Below, piece after piece: positions 8,500 to 17,764 of a stretch of 64,000 bases of DNA; within the stretch, counting starts at the first letter, position 1, and each line of letters opens with the position of its first letter. Where the stretch lies: assembly GCA_965203355.1 (NCBI GenBank), contig OZ241889.1, forward strand, positions 2,272,001 to 2,336,000. Reading direction: 5' to 3'. The position numbers and the translations under genes are program-made. The notes under the pieces were generated by a model, which was not told the DNA's origin, did no database searches, and saw only the letters and a list, made by a program, of their open reading frames with translations. This DNA comes from Candidatus Latescibacterota bacterium (lineage in GTDB: Bacteria > Latescibacterota > UBA2968 > UBA8231).

Positions 8500-10234
8500 C
8501 GCGCACTTGTTGCAGCGACTTGAACTCGGCGAAGATAGCCGCTTTGAGTTTAAGGAAGCGGTGTTCGTTGACAATCGGGTTCGCGCTCCGCGTCGGGACG
8601 CTCTCGCCGACGAGTTGGCCGCTTTGGGCAACACCGTCGGCGGCACCTTGATCTTCAGCGTGTCCGACGCGGGCGCGGTGCGGCCGATGAGCCGCGCTCA
8701 GATGGATGCGTTGGAAATGTTCGTCAGCGAGATTTGTGCGGACAGCATCCATCCCCGGTTGGCCTACGTCACGCAGCGACTGGTGTTGGACGGTTCGTTT
8801 GTGTTGATCGTCGAGGTCGAACAGAGTGCGCTGGTCCACAAGAGTCCCGGGGGGTACTTTTCCCGCCAGGGTAGCACCAAGCGCGTGCTGTCGTCGGAGG
8901 CCTTAAAGCGTCTGTTTCAGCAGCGGGGGCGTTCTGGCCTGCTCGGCCCGGATGAAGCGATTGTTGCCCGTACCGGACTCAAGACGCTCGACGCGACCTT
9001 AGTGGATCGCTTCCTGAGTTCGCGTGCCACCGAGCCGTTGAGGATTCAGCTCGAGAAGCTGGGGTTGGTGCGAGAGGATGACCGGGGCGTACTGGGTGCA
9101 ACAGTCGCCGGGGTGCTGCTTTGCACTGAACACCCGGAGGCGTACCTAAGCGGCGCGATGATCGAAGCGGTTTGCTATCGCGGCACGGTGCGCGGCCGGG
9201 CGAGTCAGCACGACGCTGCCTCTATTACCGGCCCGCTGGATCAGCAGATCCGCGCTGCGGTCAACTTCGTCAGACGCAATACGTGGGTAGCGGCGCGCAA
9301 GGATCCCGGGCGAGTAGAGATTCCGCAATTTAGTCCGCGCGCCCTGTTTGAGGCCATCGTCAACGCGGTGGTACACCGCGACTACTCAATGGAGAACGCC
9401 AAGATCCGGCTCTTTGTTTTTGATGATCGCCTTGAGTTGTACTCACCGGGGGCCTTGCCTAACACGCTGACCATTGAGGCCATGCGGAATCGACAAGCCA
9501 CCCGCAACGAAACGCTCGTGTCGGTCCTCCGTCGGCTCGCGGTAGGGGATATGGCCGGTACTGGCGACCGGCAGTACTTCTTGGAAGAACGCGGCGAAGG
9601 GGTTTCGATTATCTACGAGCAGACCCAAGGGCTGACCGGACGCGACCCAGCATACGAACTGTTCGACGGTGCGGAACTGCGGCTGACCATTCCTGCTGCC
9701 CCCCCGCCGGTTCATGGCATTGAGGGGGAGGTGTTGGTGTCGGCCGCTGGTCGGCCGCTCGCCGGGGCAAAGGTCGTTGCGCTGTACCCCAACAAGACTT
9801 GGATGGAGGAGGAAACCGATGCGTTTGGGCGGGTCCATTTCGGGTTTCACTCGGAACTCCCCATCACCGTTTTCTGCGCGGCACCGGGCCATGCCGCCCA
9901 CGTGGAGCGGGATTGGCTCCCGCCGAAACCCCTTGACGTGCCGCTCGCACGGTTGCCGCTGGGCGGCTCAACGGTATTCACGGACGGGAGCGGACACTTG
10001 CCCGATTTGACCGGGCGGCTGAATCCGATCCTCGACGATCGCGATCGCATGTACCTGTACGCGACAAATGTCGCCATTGATGAAGGCAAGCAGCAGCCGG
10101 TTCACTTCAAATTGAACCAGCCCTTGCGGCTTACGGATGTCAACGGGTTTGAGTGGATCGTGCGGTTCGTTGAGATGATCGGAACGTCGGTGCTGTTGGA
10201 ATACGAAGCCGCGTCCGACAAAGCTCCGCGATGA
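8486..10234 (+). CDS. AlbA_2 (Schlafen-like) plus HATPase_c_4/RecG-C ATP-binding protein with extra C-terminal beta-sandwich domain
   Basis: GEDSRFEFKE, LAALGNTVGGTLIFSVSD, EAIVNAVVHRDY, LELYSPGALP, ERGEGV motifs; about 175-aa extension starting GEVLVSAAGRPLAGAKV. Confidence 0.85.
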   Translation: MLWDSAHLLQRLELGEDSRFEFKEAVFVDNRVRAPRRDALADELAALGNTVGGTLIFSVSDAGAVRPMSRAQMDALEMFVSEICADSIHPRLAYVTQRLVLDGSFVLIVEVEQSALVHKSPGGYFSRQGSTKRVLSSEALKRLFQQRGRSGLLGPDEAIVARTGLKTLDATLVDRFLSSRATEPLRIQLEKLGLVREDDRGVLGATVAGVLLCTEHPEAYLSGAMIEAVCYRGTVRGRASQHDAASITGPLDQQIRAAVNFVRRNTWVAARKDPGRVEIPQFSPRALFEAIVNAVVHRDYSMENAKIRLFVFDDRLELYSPGALPNTLTIEAMRNRQATRNETLVSVLRRLAVGDMAGTGDRQYFLEERGEGVSIIYEQTQGLTGRDPAYELFDGAELRLTIPAAPPPVHGIEGEVLVSAAGRPLAGAKVVALYPNKTWMEEETDAFGRVHFGFHSELPITVFCAAPGHAAHVERDWLPPKPLDVPLARLPLGGSTVFTDGSGHLPDLTGRLNPILDDRDRMYLYATNVAIDEGKQQPVHFKLNQPLRLTDVNGFEWIVRFVEMIGTSVLLEYEAASDKAPR

Positions 10235-10243
10235 GGATGCGAA

Positions 10244-10286
10244 TGCGTTCAATCGGTTGGTTGGGGGATTTCGGGCAATGGAGTAG
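10244..10286 (+). repeat. 20-bp direct repeat copy 2 plus alternative res 3' end (AFNRLVGGFRAME*)
   Basis: Exact 20-mer match to 8421-8440. Continues in the res frame as GCG TTC AAT CGG TTG GTT GGG GGA TTT CGG GCA ATG GAG TAG. Confidence 0.85.
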
Positions 10287-10332
10287 GGGAGTTGGAAAGC
10301 TATAATTGATTTAACTGACGAGGGAGGAAGCC

Positions 10333-10536
10333 ATGAAACTGAAAGTTGTGATTCACAAAGCGGAAGAAGGTGGATATTGGGCAGAAGTACCCGCTATCCC
10401 CGGCTGCGCCACACAAGGGGAATCCTTCGAAGATCTGCTGACCAACCTCTACGAGGCTGTCGAAGGTTGTCTGTCCGTCGAGGTGCGCGACATTCCTATA
10501 TCGGAGCAGGACAAGGTGATCGAAATCGCCGTATGA
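10333..10536 (+). CDS. hicB: HicB-family antitoxin (short)
   Basis: [21 protein letters not shown]...[10 protein letters not shown] signature; GGAGG RBS. Confidence 0.9.
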   Translation: MKLKVVIHKAEEGGYWAEVPAIPGCATQGESFEDLLTNLYEAVEGCLSVEVRDIPISEQDKVIEIAV

Positions 10537-10688
10537 AGGTCGTTAGCGGCAAGCAGTTTTGTAAGCTGATCGAGTCGCGGGGGTGGCAGTTGAAGCGCAT
10601 CAACGGAAGCCACTATTGCCGTGAAGGGCGGGTGTTGAGCATTGATCGGGTTCGTGCCGAAGTGCTGATTAACCAAGAGCAACTTTAG
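10533..10688 (+). pseudogene. hicA: Truncated HicA toxin fused to unrelated sequence
   Basis: [27 protein letters not shown] is a HicA N-terminus, ATGA-coupled to hicB. The expected VPxH C-terminal half is missing. Confidence 0.75.
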
Positions 10689-10730
10689 CGAAAAGCCCTG
10701 TTGAACAGGACCAACGAGGACTCCGTATAA

Positions 10731-13697
10731 ATGGCGAAACGAAAATCGACTAAAACCGTTGAAACGTTGCGGCATCAAGACGCATCGCGGAAGAACATTC
10801 CCACGGCTGAGTATCAGGCGGTGATGGCCGACGACGACCGGAATCCGATTCAGGTTGCGTATGAGCGGCGCAATCGGGATCTCGATCCGCAGCTTGTTTG
10901 GCGCGGCAAGGACGAGCAGGACGGGTCGGATTTGGTGGTGCAAGCGCCGCCGCTGTTCATTCAGGAGAAGGTGCATCCGAAAGTGTTGATCGATGATTTG
11001 CGGCAGCGGAGCGGCGCGTCGAGCGCACAGACGGATTTGTTCGCGGATTTTAATGGGCTGCCGAGCGCGGACGCTCAGACCGAGTTTTACCAGCACGACG
11101 CGAACTGGTCGAATCGGATGATTCTCGGCGACAGCTTGCAGGTGATGGCGTCACTGGCCGAGCGCGAGGGTCTGCGCGGTAAGGTGCAGTGCATCTACAT
11201 TGACCCGCCGTATGGGATCAAGTTCAACTCGAACTTTCAGTGGTCCACCACCAGCCGCGACGTGCGCGATGGCAAGGCCGAGCACATTACCCGCGAGCCA
11301 GAGCAGGTGAAGGCGTTTCGGGATACGTGGCGCGATGGGATTCATTCGTATTTGACGTATTTGCGGGATCGGCTGACGGTGGCGCGGGATTTGTTGGCGG
11401 AGAGTGGGTCGGTTTTTGTGCAAATTGGCGACGAGAATGTGCATCGGGTGCGGGCGGTGATGGATGAGGTTTTTGGGGAGGAGAATTTTGTCTCGATGAT
11501 TTACTTCGCCACGACTAGTGGATTTTCTACATCGGAAATCAGCCGCGTTGGTGATTACTTGATTTGGTACGCAAAAAGCAAAAGTGAAACCAAATACCGA
11601 GAATTGTATGTTCCAAAAGGTAGTATCGGGAGCGGTGTTGAATCTTACAGGTTTTTGGCACTCTCTGACGGAACTCAGCGATCTATGACAAGAGAAGAGC
11701 GTGAAGGCCATACTGCTTTGCCTGAAGGCAGCAAGATTTTTCGACGCAGCGACTTACAGAGTAAAGGGACTGCATCTCAGGATACTCCTGTTCAGTATGA
11801 AGGTCGCATTTTCCGTCCTTTATCAAATAGTCACTGGAAAGCAAACTGGCCAGACGGAATGGAAAAACTCAAACTTTCTGGTCGCGTTACTATTGTCGGA
11901 AATCGACTTTGCTACATTCGTTACTCCAACGATTATCCAGTGCAGCAGCTTACCAACTCTTGGATGGATACAGGATTTGGTTATGCTGCAACGGATAAAC
12001 AATATGTTGTCCAAACGCACGAGAAAGTCATCCAACGCTGCATCCTAATGACCACCGACCCCGGCGACCTCGTCCTCGACCCCACCTGCGGCTCCGGCAC
12101 GACAGCCTATGTCGCCGAGCAGTGGGGCCGCCGCTGGATCACCATTGACACTTCCCGCGTGGCCCTCGCGCTGGCCCGCGCCCGCATCATGGGCGCCCGC
12201 TACCCTTGGTACATCCTCGCCGACAGCCGCGAAGGGCAGCGCAAAGAAGCCGCACTCGCCCGCCAAGTCCCCTCGGAAGCACCCACATACCACGACATTC
12301 GCCAAGGCTTCGTGTACGAGCGCGTCCCCCACATCACGCTCAAATCCATCGCCAACAACGCCGAAATCGACGTAATCTATGAAAAATTCCAAGCAACGCT
12401 GGAGCCGCTGCGGACGGAATTGAACGCCGCGCTCGGCACGTCCTACGAAGAATGGGAAATCCCCCGCGAGGCCAGCGACGCTTGGCCCGCAGCGGTCGGC
12501 AAAATGCACGCGGACTGGTGGGAACAGCGCATCGCCCGGCAAAAGGAAATCGACGCCTCCATCGCCGCCCAAGCCGACTGCGAATACCTCTACGACAAAC
12601 CCTACGAAGACAACAAAAAAGTCCGCGTGGCCGGCCCGTTTACGGTGGAAAGCCTGTCGCCGCACCGCTTCTTGGGCGTTGATGAAAACGACGAACTCAT
12701 CGACCATGTCGCCGAAAGCAAGTTGGGGTACGACGAAAAGCAGGACTTCGCTGCCATGATCCTCGACCACCTCAAAACCGCCGGCGTCCAACAGGCGCAC
12801 AAAGAAGACCGCATCGCCTTCGCCGGGATCAGACCTTGGCCCGGAGCGCGCGTCTGCGCCGAGGGAACCTACGTTGAAGGCAACGCCGACTCGGGTGCTG
12901 AAAAACGCGCTGGCATCTTCATCGGCCCGGAGTTCGGCACGGTCTCGCGCCCAGACCTCGTAGAAGCGGTGCGCGAGGCTGCCGACGCCGACTTTGATGT
13001 GCTGGTCGCCTGCGCCTTCAACTTTGACGCCCACGCCTCGGAGTTCAATCGGCTGGGCCGCGTTCCAGTTCTCAAGGCCCGCATGAACGCGGATCTCCAC
13101 ATGGCCGACGACCTCAAAAACACCGGCCAAGGCAACCTTTTTGTCATCTTCGGCGAACCGGATATTACAGTGGTCAGTGGTCCGTGGCTAGTGACCAGTG
13201 GGGGAGAAAAATGGGCAAACTATGAACAGGTTAAAGAGCTATCAGGACTTGGAAGTTTGGCAGAAATCAATCGAGCGGGCAAAGATGGTCTATCCACTCT
13301 CGCGCCGAAACTCGCTGCGATCCAGAAGCTGACGCCCGCGGATTTCCCCCTAACACTGACCACGGACGACTGGTCACAGGTCACTGTCCACGGCGTAGAC
13401 GTGTTCCATCCCAACACCGGTGAAATCCGCAGCAGCAGCACCGATGGCATTGCCTGCTGGTTTGTCGATACCGACTACAACGAAGAAAGTTTCTTCGTCC
13501 GCCACGCATACTTTCTCGGAGCCAGCGATCCGTACAAAGCACTGCGGACGACGCTCAAAGCCGAGATCAATCAAGGCGCTTGGGAAACCCTCCACAGCGA
13601 CACCTCCCGTCCTTTTGCCCCGCCCACGTCCGGCCGCATCGCCGTGAAGGTGATCAATCACTTGGGGGACGAGGTGATGAAGGTGTTTCGGGTGTGA
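10731..13697 (+). CDS. Type III-like Mod, N6-adenine DNA methyltransferase (beta class)
   Basis: IYIDPPYG catalytic motif precedes VLDPTCGSGTT SAM motif; AT-rich variable TRD about 11480-12030; C-terminus GRIAVKVINHLGDEVMKVF. Confidence 0.93.
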   Translation: MAKRKSTKTVETLRHQDASRKNIPTAEYQAVMADDDRNPIQVAYERRNRDLDPQLVWRGKDEQDGSDLVVQAPPLFIQEKVHPKVLIDDLRQRSGASSAQTDLFADFNGLPSADAQTEFYQHDANWSNRMILGDSLQVMASLAEREGLRGKVQCIYIDPPYGIKFNSNFQWSTTSRDVRDGKAEHITREPEQVKAFRDTWRDGIHSYLTYLRDRLTVARDLLAESGSVFVQIGDENVHRVRAVMDEVFGEENFVSMIYFATTSGFSTSEISRVGDYLIWYAKSKSETKYRELYVPKGSIGSGVESYRFLALSDGTQRSMTREEREGHTALPEGSKIFRRSDLQSKGTASQDTPVQYEGRIFRPLSNSHWKANWPDGMEKLKLSGRVTIVGNRLCYIRYSNDYPVQQLTNSWMDTGFGYAATDKQYVVQTHEKVIQRCILMTTDPGDLVLDPTCGSGTTAYVAEQWGRRWITIDTSRVALALARARIMGARYPWYILADSREGQRKEAALARQVPSEAPTYHDIRQGFVYERVPHITLKSIANNAEIDVIYEKFQATLEPLRTELNAALGTSYEEWEIPREASDAWPAAVGKMHADWWEQRIARQKEIDASIAAQADCEYLYDKPYEDNKKVRVAGPFTVESLSPHRFLGVDENDELIDHVAESKLGYDEKQDFAAMILDHLKTAGVQQAHKEDRIAFAGIRPWPGARVCAEGTYVEGNADSGAEKRAGIFIGPEFGTVSRPDLVEAVREAADADFDVLVACAFNFDAHASEFNRLGRVPVLKARMNADLHMADDLKNTGQGNLFVIFGEPDITVVSGPWLVTSGGEKWANYEQVKELSGLGSLAEINRAGKDGLSTLAPKLAAIQKLTPADFPLTLTTDDWSQVTVHGVDVFHPNTGEIRSSSTDGIACWFVDTDYNEESFFVRHAYFLGASDPYKALRTTLKAEINQGAWETLHSDTSRPFAPPTSGRIAVKVINHLGDEVMKVFRV
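13168..13393. mobile_element. IVS-like hairpin element: complementary heptamer-repeat arms around a four-helix-bundle gene remnant, in-frame inside mod
   Basis: Left arm CAGTGGT CAGTGGT CCGTGGC TAGTGAC CAGTGGG (13168-13202); right arm AACACTG ACCACGG ACGACTG GTCACAG GTCACTG TCCACGG (13352-13393), approximately its reverse complement. Confidence 0.7.
13222..13332 (+). pseudogene. Internally deleted four-helix-bundle protein (23S rRNA IVP/bAvd-like) mini-ORF, 36 aa, nested in +1 frame of mod
   Basis: MNRLKSYQDLEVWQKSIERAKMVYPLS-RRNSLRSRS*. SYxDLxVWQKS is the family N-terminal signature; GGAG RBS-like sequence upstream. Confidence 0.75.
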
Positions 13698-13733
13698 GGG
13701 CCTTATCACTCACTGATTACCGGGAATTCGAGC

Positions 13734-15446
13734 GTGAGTTTCAACACGGCTAATAGCACATTTCGCCAGTTGATGGCCAATGGGACGAGCTATCGCGTAC
13801 CATTGTTCCAACGCGACTACTCTTGGGGGGCTGACGAGTGGGATGACCTGTGGCAGGATCTTGTTGCGCTGTTCGGCGAGGATCCGGAACCGGCTCACTA
13901 CATGGGCTATCTCGTGCTGCAATCAGACGATAACAGATCGTTCGACATCATCGATGGACAGCAGCGCATGACCACGCTGAGTTTGTTGATGCTGGCGGCG
14001 GTGGCGCATCTGATGGACTTGGCCGTGCCGAATGATCCGAATGACCCGCAACATCGGCGCGCTGAGCAGTTGCGGAGCAATTACATCGGCTATTTGGATC
14101 CAGTCAGCCTAGTGCCGCGCTCCAAGCTGACGCTCAATCGGCACAATGATCGATTGTACCAGCATTACTTGGTTCCCTTGGAGCATTTGCCGCAAAAAGG
14201 ATTGAACGCATCGGAACGTCTTTTGGGCCGGGCGTTTGTTTGGTTTAAGGAGTGCATTGAGCAACGCTGCGGTGATGATGGGGAGTCGGTGGCGCGCTTT
14301 GTCGATGGCGTGGTGGATAAGCTCTTTTTCACCATCATTACCGTGACCGACGAATTGAATGCGTTCAAGGTGTTTGAGACGCTCAATGCGCGCGGTGTGC
14401 GTTTGTCTGCTACTGATTTGCTGAAAAATTACTTGTTCTCGGTTGTCTCGCGTGGTAATGCGCACGAATCCGAGATCAACGCCTTGGAAGAGCGTTGGGA
14501 AAATATCGTCGGGCTGTTGGGCAGCGAGAGCTTCCCCGAGTTTTTGCGCGTCTTCTGGAACAGCCGCAACAAACTGGTGCGCAAGGCGGATTTGTTCAAA
14601 ACCATGCGCAGTGCCATCAGCGATAGAGCGGGTGTGTTTCGGTTGGTCCGCCATATGGACCGACACGCACGGATATATGTGGCCCTGCGCGACCCGGAAG
14701 ACGATTCTTGGACCGCAGCCGAGCGCGAAAGCCTGGCCCAGTTGCGGATTTTCAACGTGCGTCAGCCATTGGCGTTATTGCTGGCGGCATTTGAACAATT
14801 TGCGGAACGCGACCGCGCTGACTTTGAACGTTTTTTGCAGGCTATCGCGGTAGTATCGTTTCGCTACAACGTGATTTGTGGTCGCCAAAGCAACGAGCTG
14901 GAAGTCGTGTATAACCAGATCGCCCGCGCGTTATCGGCCGGTGAAATTGACAGCGCACAAGAAGCCGTTGCAAGGCTGCGGCCGGTCTATCCCGGAGACG
15001 CGGAATTTAGGGCGGCGTTTGCAGATAAGGCACTGCAAACAACGAGTGCCCGCAACAAGAAAGTCGTGTGCTTTATACTATTCCGGCTCGAAGCAAAGCT
15101 ATCGGGACAGCGCTTTGAAGAAGCGAGCGCGAAATACAACATTGAGCACGTGTTGCCGGAGAATCCGCACGATGCTTGGCACGAGTTTGACGACCAGCAG
15201 CGCGAGGCATCTACCTACCTGCTAGGTAACATGACCCTTTTGACGACTGCGGACAATCGCGCGTTGGGCAATGCGAGATACGACGAAAAGCAATCGGTTT
15301 ATCAGCAGAGCGACTTTGCTATCACCCGTGCGCTGGCAGAACATTACGACACTTGGACTATGGAGAAGATTCGCAGCCGTCAAGCTTGGATGGCAAGACA
15401 GGCTACCGACATTTGGCGGATTGGTTTCCACTCGCCAACGCTTTGA
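13734..15446 (+). CDS. DUF262-DUF1524 (GmrSD-like) modification-dependent restriction nuclease
   Basis: VPLFQRDYSW, IIDGQQRMTT, FETLNARG, IEHVLP...LGNMTLL...N...N (HNH-like). Confidence 0.9.
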   Translation: MSFNTANSTFRQLMANGTSYRVPLFQRDYSWGADEWDDLWQDLVALFGEDPEPAHYMGYLVLQSDDNRSFDIIDGQQRMTTLSLLMLAAVAHLMDLAVPNDPNDPQHRRAEQLRSNYIGYLDPVSLVPRSKLTLNRHNDRLYQHYLVPLEHLPQKGLNASERLLGRAFVWFKECIEQRCGDDGESVARFVDGVVDKLFFTIITVTDELNAFKVFETLNARGVRLSATDLLKNYLFSVVSRGNAHESEINALEERWENIVGLLGSESFPEFLRVFWNSRNKLVRKADLFKTMRSAISDRAGVFRLVRHMDRHARIYVALRDPEDDSWTAAERESLAQLRIFNVRQPLALLLAAFEQFAERDRADFERFLQAIAVVSFRYNVICGRQSNELEVVYNQIARALSAGEIDSAQEAVARLRPVYPGDAEFRAAFADKALQTTSARNKKVVCFILFRLEAKLSGQRFEEASAKYNIEHVLPENPHDAWHEFDDQQREASTYLLGNMTLLTTADNRALGNARYDEKQSVYQQSDFAITRALAEHYDTWTMEKIRSRQAWMARQATDIWRIGFHSPTL

Positions 15447-15509
15447 CGCGACCGCGGCAGTCGCATTTAACCGCCGACGTACGAGCTCCCAACGCAGACA
15501 GAAATACAA

Positions 15510-15537
15510 TAGGGGCACCCACAAGGGGTGCCCCTAC
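15510..15537. repeat. GTAG-family REP-like palindrome; possible bidirectional terminator
   Basis: TAGGGGCACCC-acaag-GGGTGCCCCTA-c; reads GTAGGGGCACCCC... on the minus strand; between convergent genes. Confidence 0.7.
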
Positions 15538-15562
15538 GCTAGCGTCGCGTGTTTAACGCGCC

Positions 15563-17482
15563 CTACTTCTTGTCGTCGTCCACGACCTTGAAGTCCGCAT
15601 CTACTGCGCCCGCATCCCCGCCCCCTGGCGGCTGATCGGCGGCCCCTTCTGGTGCTGGCTCGCCTTGGGCCTGTTGGGCTTGGGCGTCCTTGTACATTTG
15701 CTCGGCCAGCTTGTGCGACGCCTGTTGCAGCGCGGTCGTGGCCTGCGCGATGGCCGCGTCGTCCGTGCCTTCGAGTGCTTCCTTGAGCGCGGCGATGGCG
15801 TCCTCAACGCCTTTCTTGTCGGCGTCGGTCAGCTTATCGCCGTGTTCGGCGAGCGATTTTTCCGTCGAGTAGATTAGCTGGTCGGCCTCGTTGCGGCGAT
15901 CGATGACCTCGCGTCGCTTTTTGTCTTCGTCGGCGTGGGTCTCGGCGTCCTTCTGCATGGAGTCGATTTCCTCTTGGCTCAAGCCCGAAGACGACTCAAT
16001 GCGGATGGATTGCTCCTTGTTGGTGCCCTTGTCCTTGGCCGCGACATTGAGGATGCCGTTGGCGTCGATGTCGAAAGTGACCTCGATCTGGGGCATGCCG
16101 CGCGGGGCCGAGGGGATGTCGTTGAGGTGGAAGCGGCCGAGCGTGCGGTTGTCGTTGGCAAACTCGCGCTCGCCTTGCAGCACGTGGACTTCCACCGAGG
16201 GCTGGTTGTCCGCGGCCGTGGAAAAGATCTGGCTCTTTTTGGTGGGGATGGTGGTGTTGCGGTCGATGAGCCGGGTCATCACCCCGCCCATAGTTTCGAT
16301 CCCCAGCGAGAGCGGCGTGACGTCGAGCAGCAAGATATCGTCGACGTCGCCAGCGAGCACGCCGGCTTGGATGGCCGCGCCCAAGGCTACCACCTCGTCC
16401 GGGTTGACGCCGCGATGCGGCTCCCGGCCGAAAAGCGCTTGGACCACGGCTTGGATTTTTGGGATGCGCGTCGAGCCACCGACCAGAATCACTTGGTCGA
16501 TTTCGCTGGGCTGTAGATCGGCATCGGCGAGGGCCTGCTGACACGGAGTCTTGGTGCGCTCTATCAGGTCGTCTACCAAGCGCTCGAACTGAGAGCGGGA
16601 CAGCGTGGCTTGCAAATGCTTAGGCCCGGTCTGATCGGCGGTGATAAACGGCAGGTTAATATCGGTCGAAGTGGAGGACGACAGCTCAATTTTGGCCTTT
16701 TCGGCGGCTTCCTTGAGCCGTTGCAAGGCCATTGGGTCTTGGCGCAGGTCAATGCCCTCTTGCTGTTTGAAATCCTCGGCGAGCCAGTCGATAATCTTCT
16801 GGTCAAAGTCGTCGCCGCCAAGGTGGGTGTCGCCGTTGGTGGATTTGACCTCGAAGACGCCTTCGCCCAGTTCGAGGATGGAAATGTCGAAGGTGCCGCC
16901 GCCGAGGTCGTACACGGCGATCTGCTCGTGGGTGCCGCCCTTGTCCAGGCCGTAGGCCAGCGCGGCCGCGGTCGGCTCGTTGACGATGCGCAAAACCTCC
17001 AAGCCGGCGATGGTGCCCGCGTCCTTGGTGGCTTGGCGCTGGGAGTCGTTGAAATAGGCCGGCACGGTGACGACCGCTTGTTTTACTTCTTCGCCCAGAT
17101 AGTCTTCGGCTGTCTGCTTCATCTTTTGCAAGATCATGGCCGAGATTTCCGGCGGCGTGTATTCCTTGCCGTCGATTTTGGCCACAGCCATGTCGCGGCT
17201 ACCGGCGGCCACTTCGTAGGGGACTTCGCTTATTTCGGTGGCGACCTCGTCGTAGCGGCGGCCCATGAAGCGCTTGATCGAATAGACTGTGTTTTGCGGG
17301 TTGGTGACGGCTTGGCGTTTGGCGGTCTGGCCGACAAGGCGCTCGCTGTCTTTGGTGAAGGCGACCATTGAGGGCGTGGTGCGGCCTCCTTCGGAATTGG
17401 CGATGACCTCTGCGTCTTGACCTTCGATGACGGCCACGCACGAGTTGGTGGTACCTAAGTCGATACCGATGACTTTAGCCAT
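15563..17482 (-). CDS. dnaK: Chaperone DnaK (Hsp70)
   Basis: [44 protein letters not shown]-terminus. Confidence 0.99.
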   Translation of the reverse strand: MAKVIGIDLGTTNSCVAVIEGQDAEVIANSEGGRTTPSMVAFTKDSERLVGQTAKRQAVTNPQNTVYSIKRFMGRRYDEVATEISEVPYEVAAGSRDMAVAKIDGKEYTPPEISAMILQKMKQTAEDYLGEEVKQAVVTVPAYFNDSQRQATKDAGTIAGLEVLRIVNEPTAAALAYGLDKGGTHEQIAVYDLGGGTFDISILELGEGVFEVKSTNGDTHLGGDDFDQKIIDWLAEDFKQQEGIDLRQDPMALQRLKEAAEKAKIELSSSTSTDINLPFITADQTGPKHLQATLSRSQFERLVDDLIERTKTPCQQALADADLQPSEIDQVILVGGSTRIPKIQAVVQALFGREPHRGVNPDEVVALGAAIQAGVLAGDVDDILLLDVTPLSLGIETMGGVMTRLIDRNTTIPTKKSQIFSTAADNQPSVEVHVLQGEREFANDNRTLGRFHLNDIPSAPRGMPQIEVTFDIDANGILNVAAKDKGTNKEQSIRIESSSGLSQEEIDSMQKDAETHADEDKKRREVIDRRNEADQLIYSTEKSLAEHGDKLTDADKKGVEDAIAALKEALEGTDDAAIAQATTALQQASHKLAEQMYKDAQAQQAQGEPAPEGAADQPPGGGDAGAVDADFKVVDDDKK

Positions 17483-17656
17483 GTTTTTTCCTTTCGAGAA
17501 TTGAGAGGTTGGTTGGTGAAGTTGCTAGGGACCTTCAGGCGAGAATCACTACGCAATCGCGCTTGCTTTGGCGGTGATCATGCACTTTCATGGTGAGTCC
17601 CGTTTATCTATTCCCTTCATAATGAGCAAAGGAGTGTGTTCCAACAAAGCCTCGTC

Positions 17657-17690
17657 AAACTAAAGGAGACCGGAAACTAAAGGAGACCGG
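17657..17690. repeat. Perfect 17-bp tandem duplication AAACTAAAGGAGACCGG x2
   Basis: Read directly; coincides with the end of a gene remnant. Confidence 0.9.
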
Positions 17691-17764
17691 CCTTTCCGCA
17701 ACTCGTTCTGAACAAAATCGACATCGGAATCTATGCGAAAGACAAAGCAGCGTTGCTCCGGCAT
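17660..17764 (-). pseudogene. Short ORF or 5' gene remnant MPEQRCFVFRIDSDVDFVQNELRKGR...
   Basis: AAGGAG RBS and ATG at 17764; 34 codons ending inside the tandem duplication. Confidence 0.4.

Noticed and set aside
7063-8646. Long antisense ORFs (527 aa here; also 12045-13130, 51379-52614, 58366-59304)
   Set aside because: Shadows of well-supported genes on the opposite strand, common in GC-rich DNA; no motifs.
13222-13332. Diversity-generating retroelement (bAvd-like accessory gene)
   Set aside because: No reverse transcriptase and no TR/VR pair with adenine-specific differences was seen in the window.
15455-15480. GCATTTAACCGC (AFNR) as a third copy of the res-tail repeat
   Set aside because: Only weak peptide-level resemblance; nucleotide identity too low.
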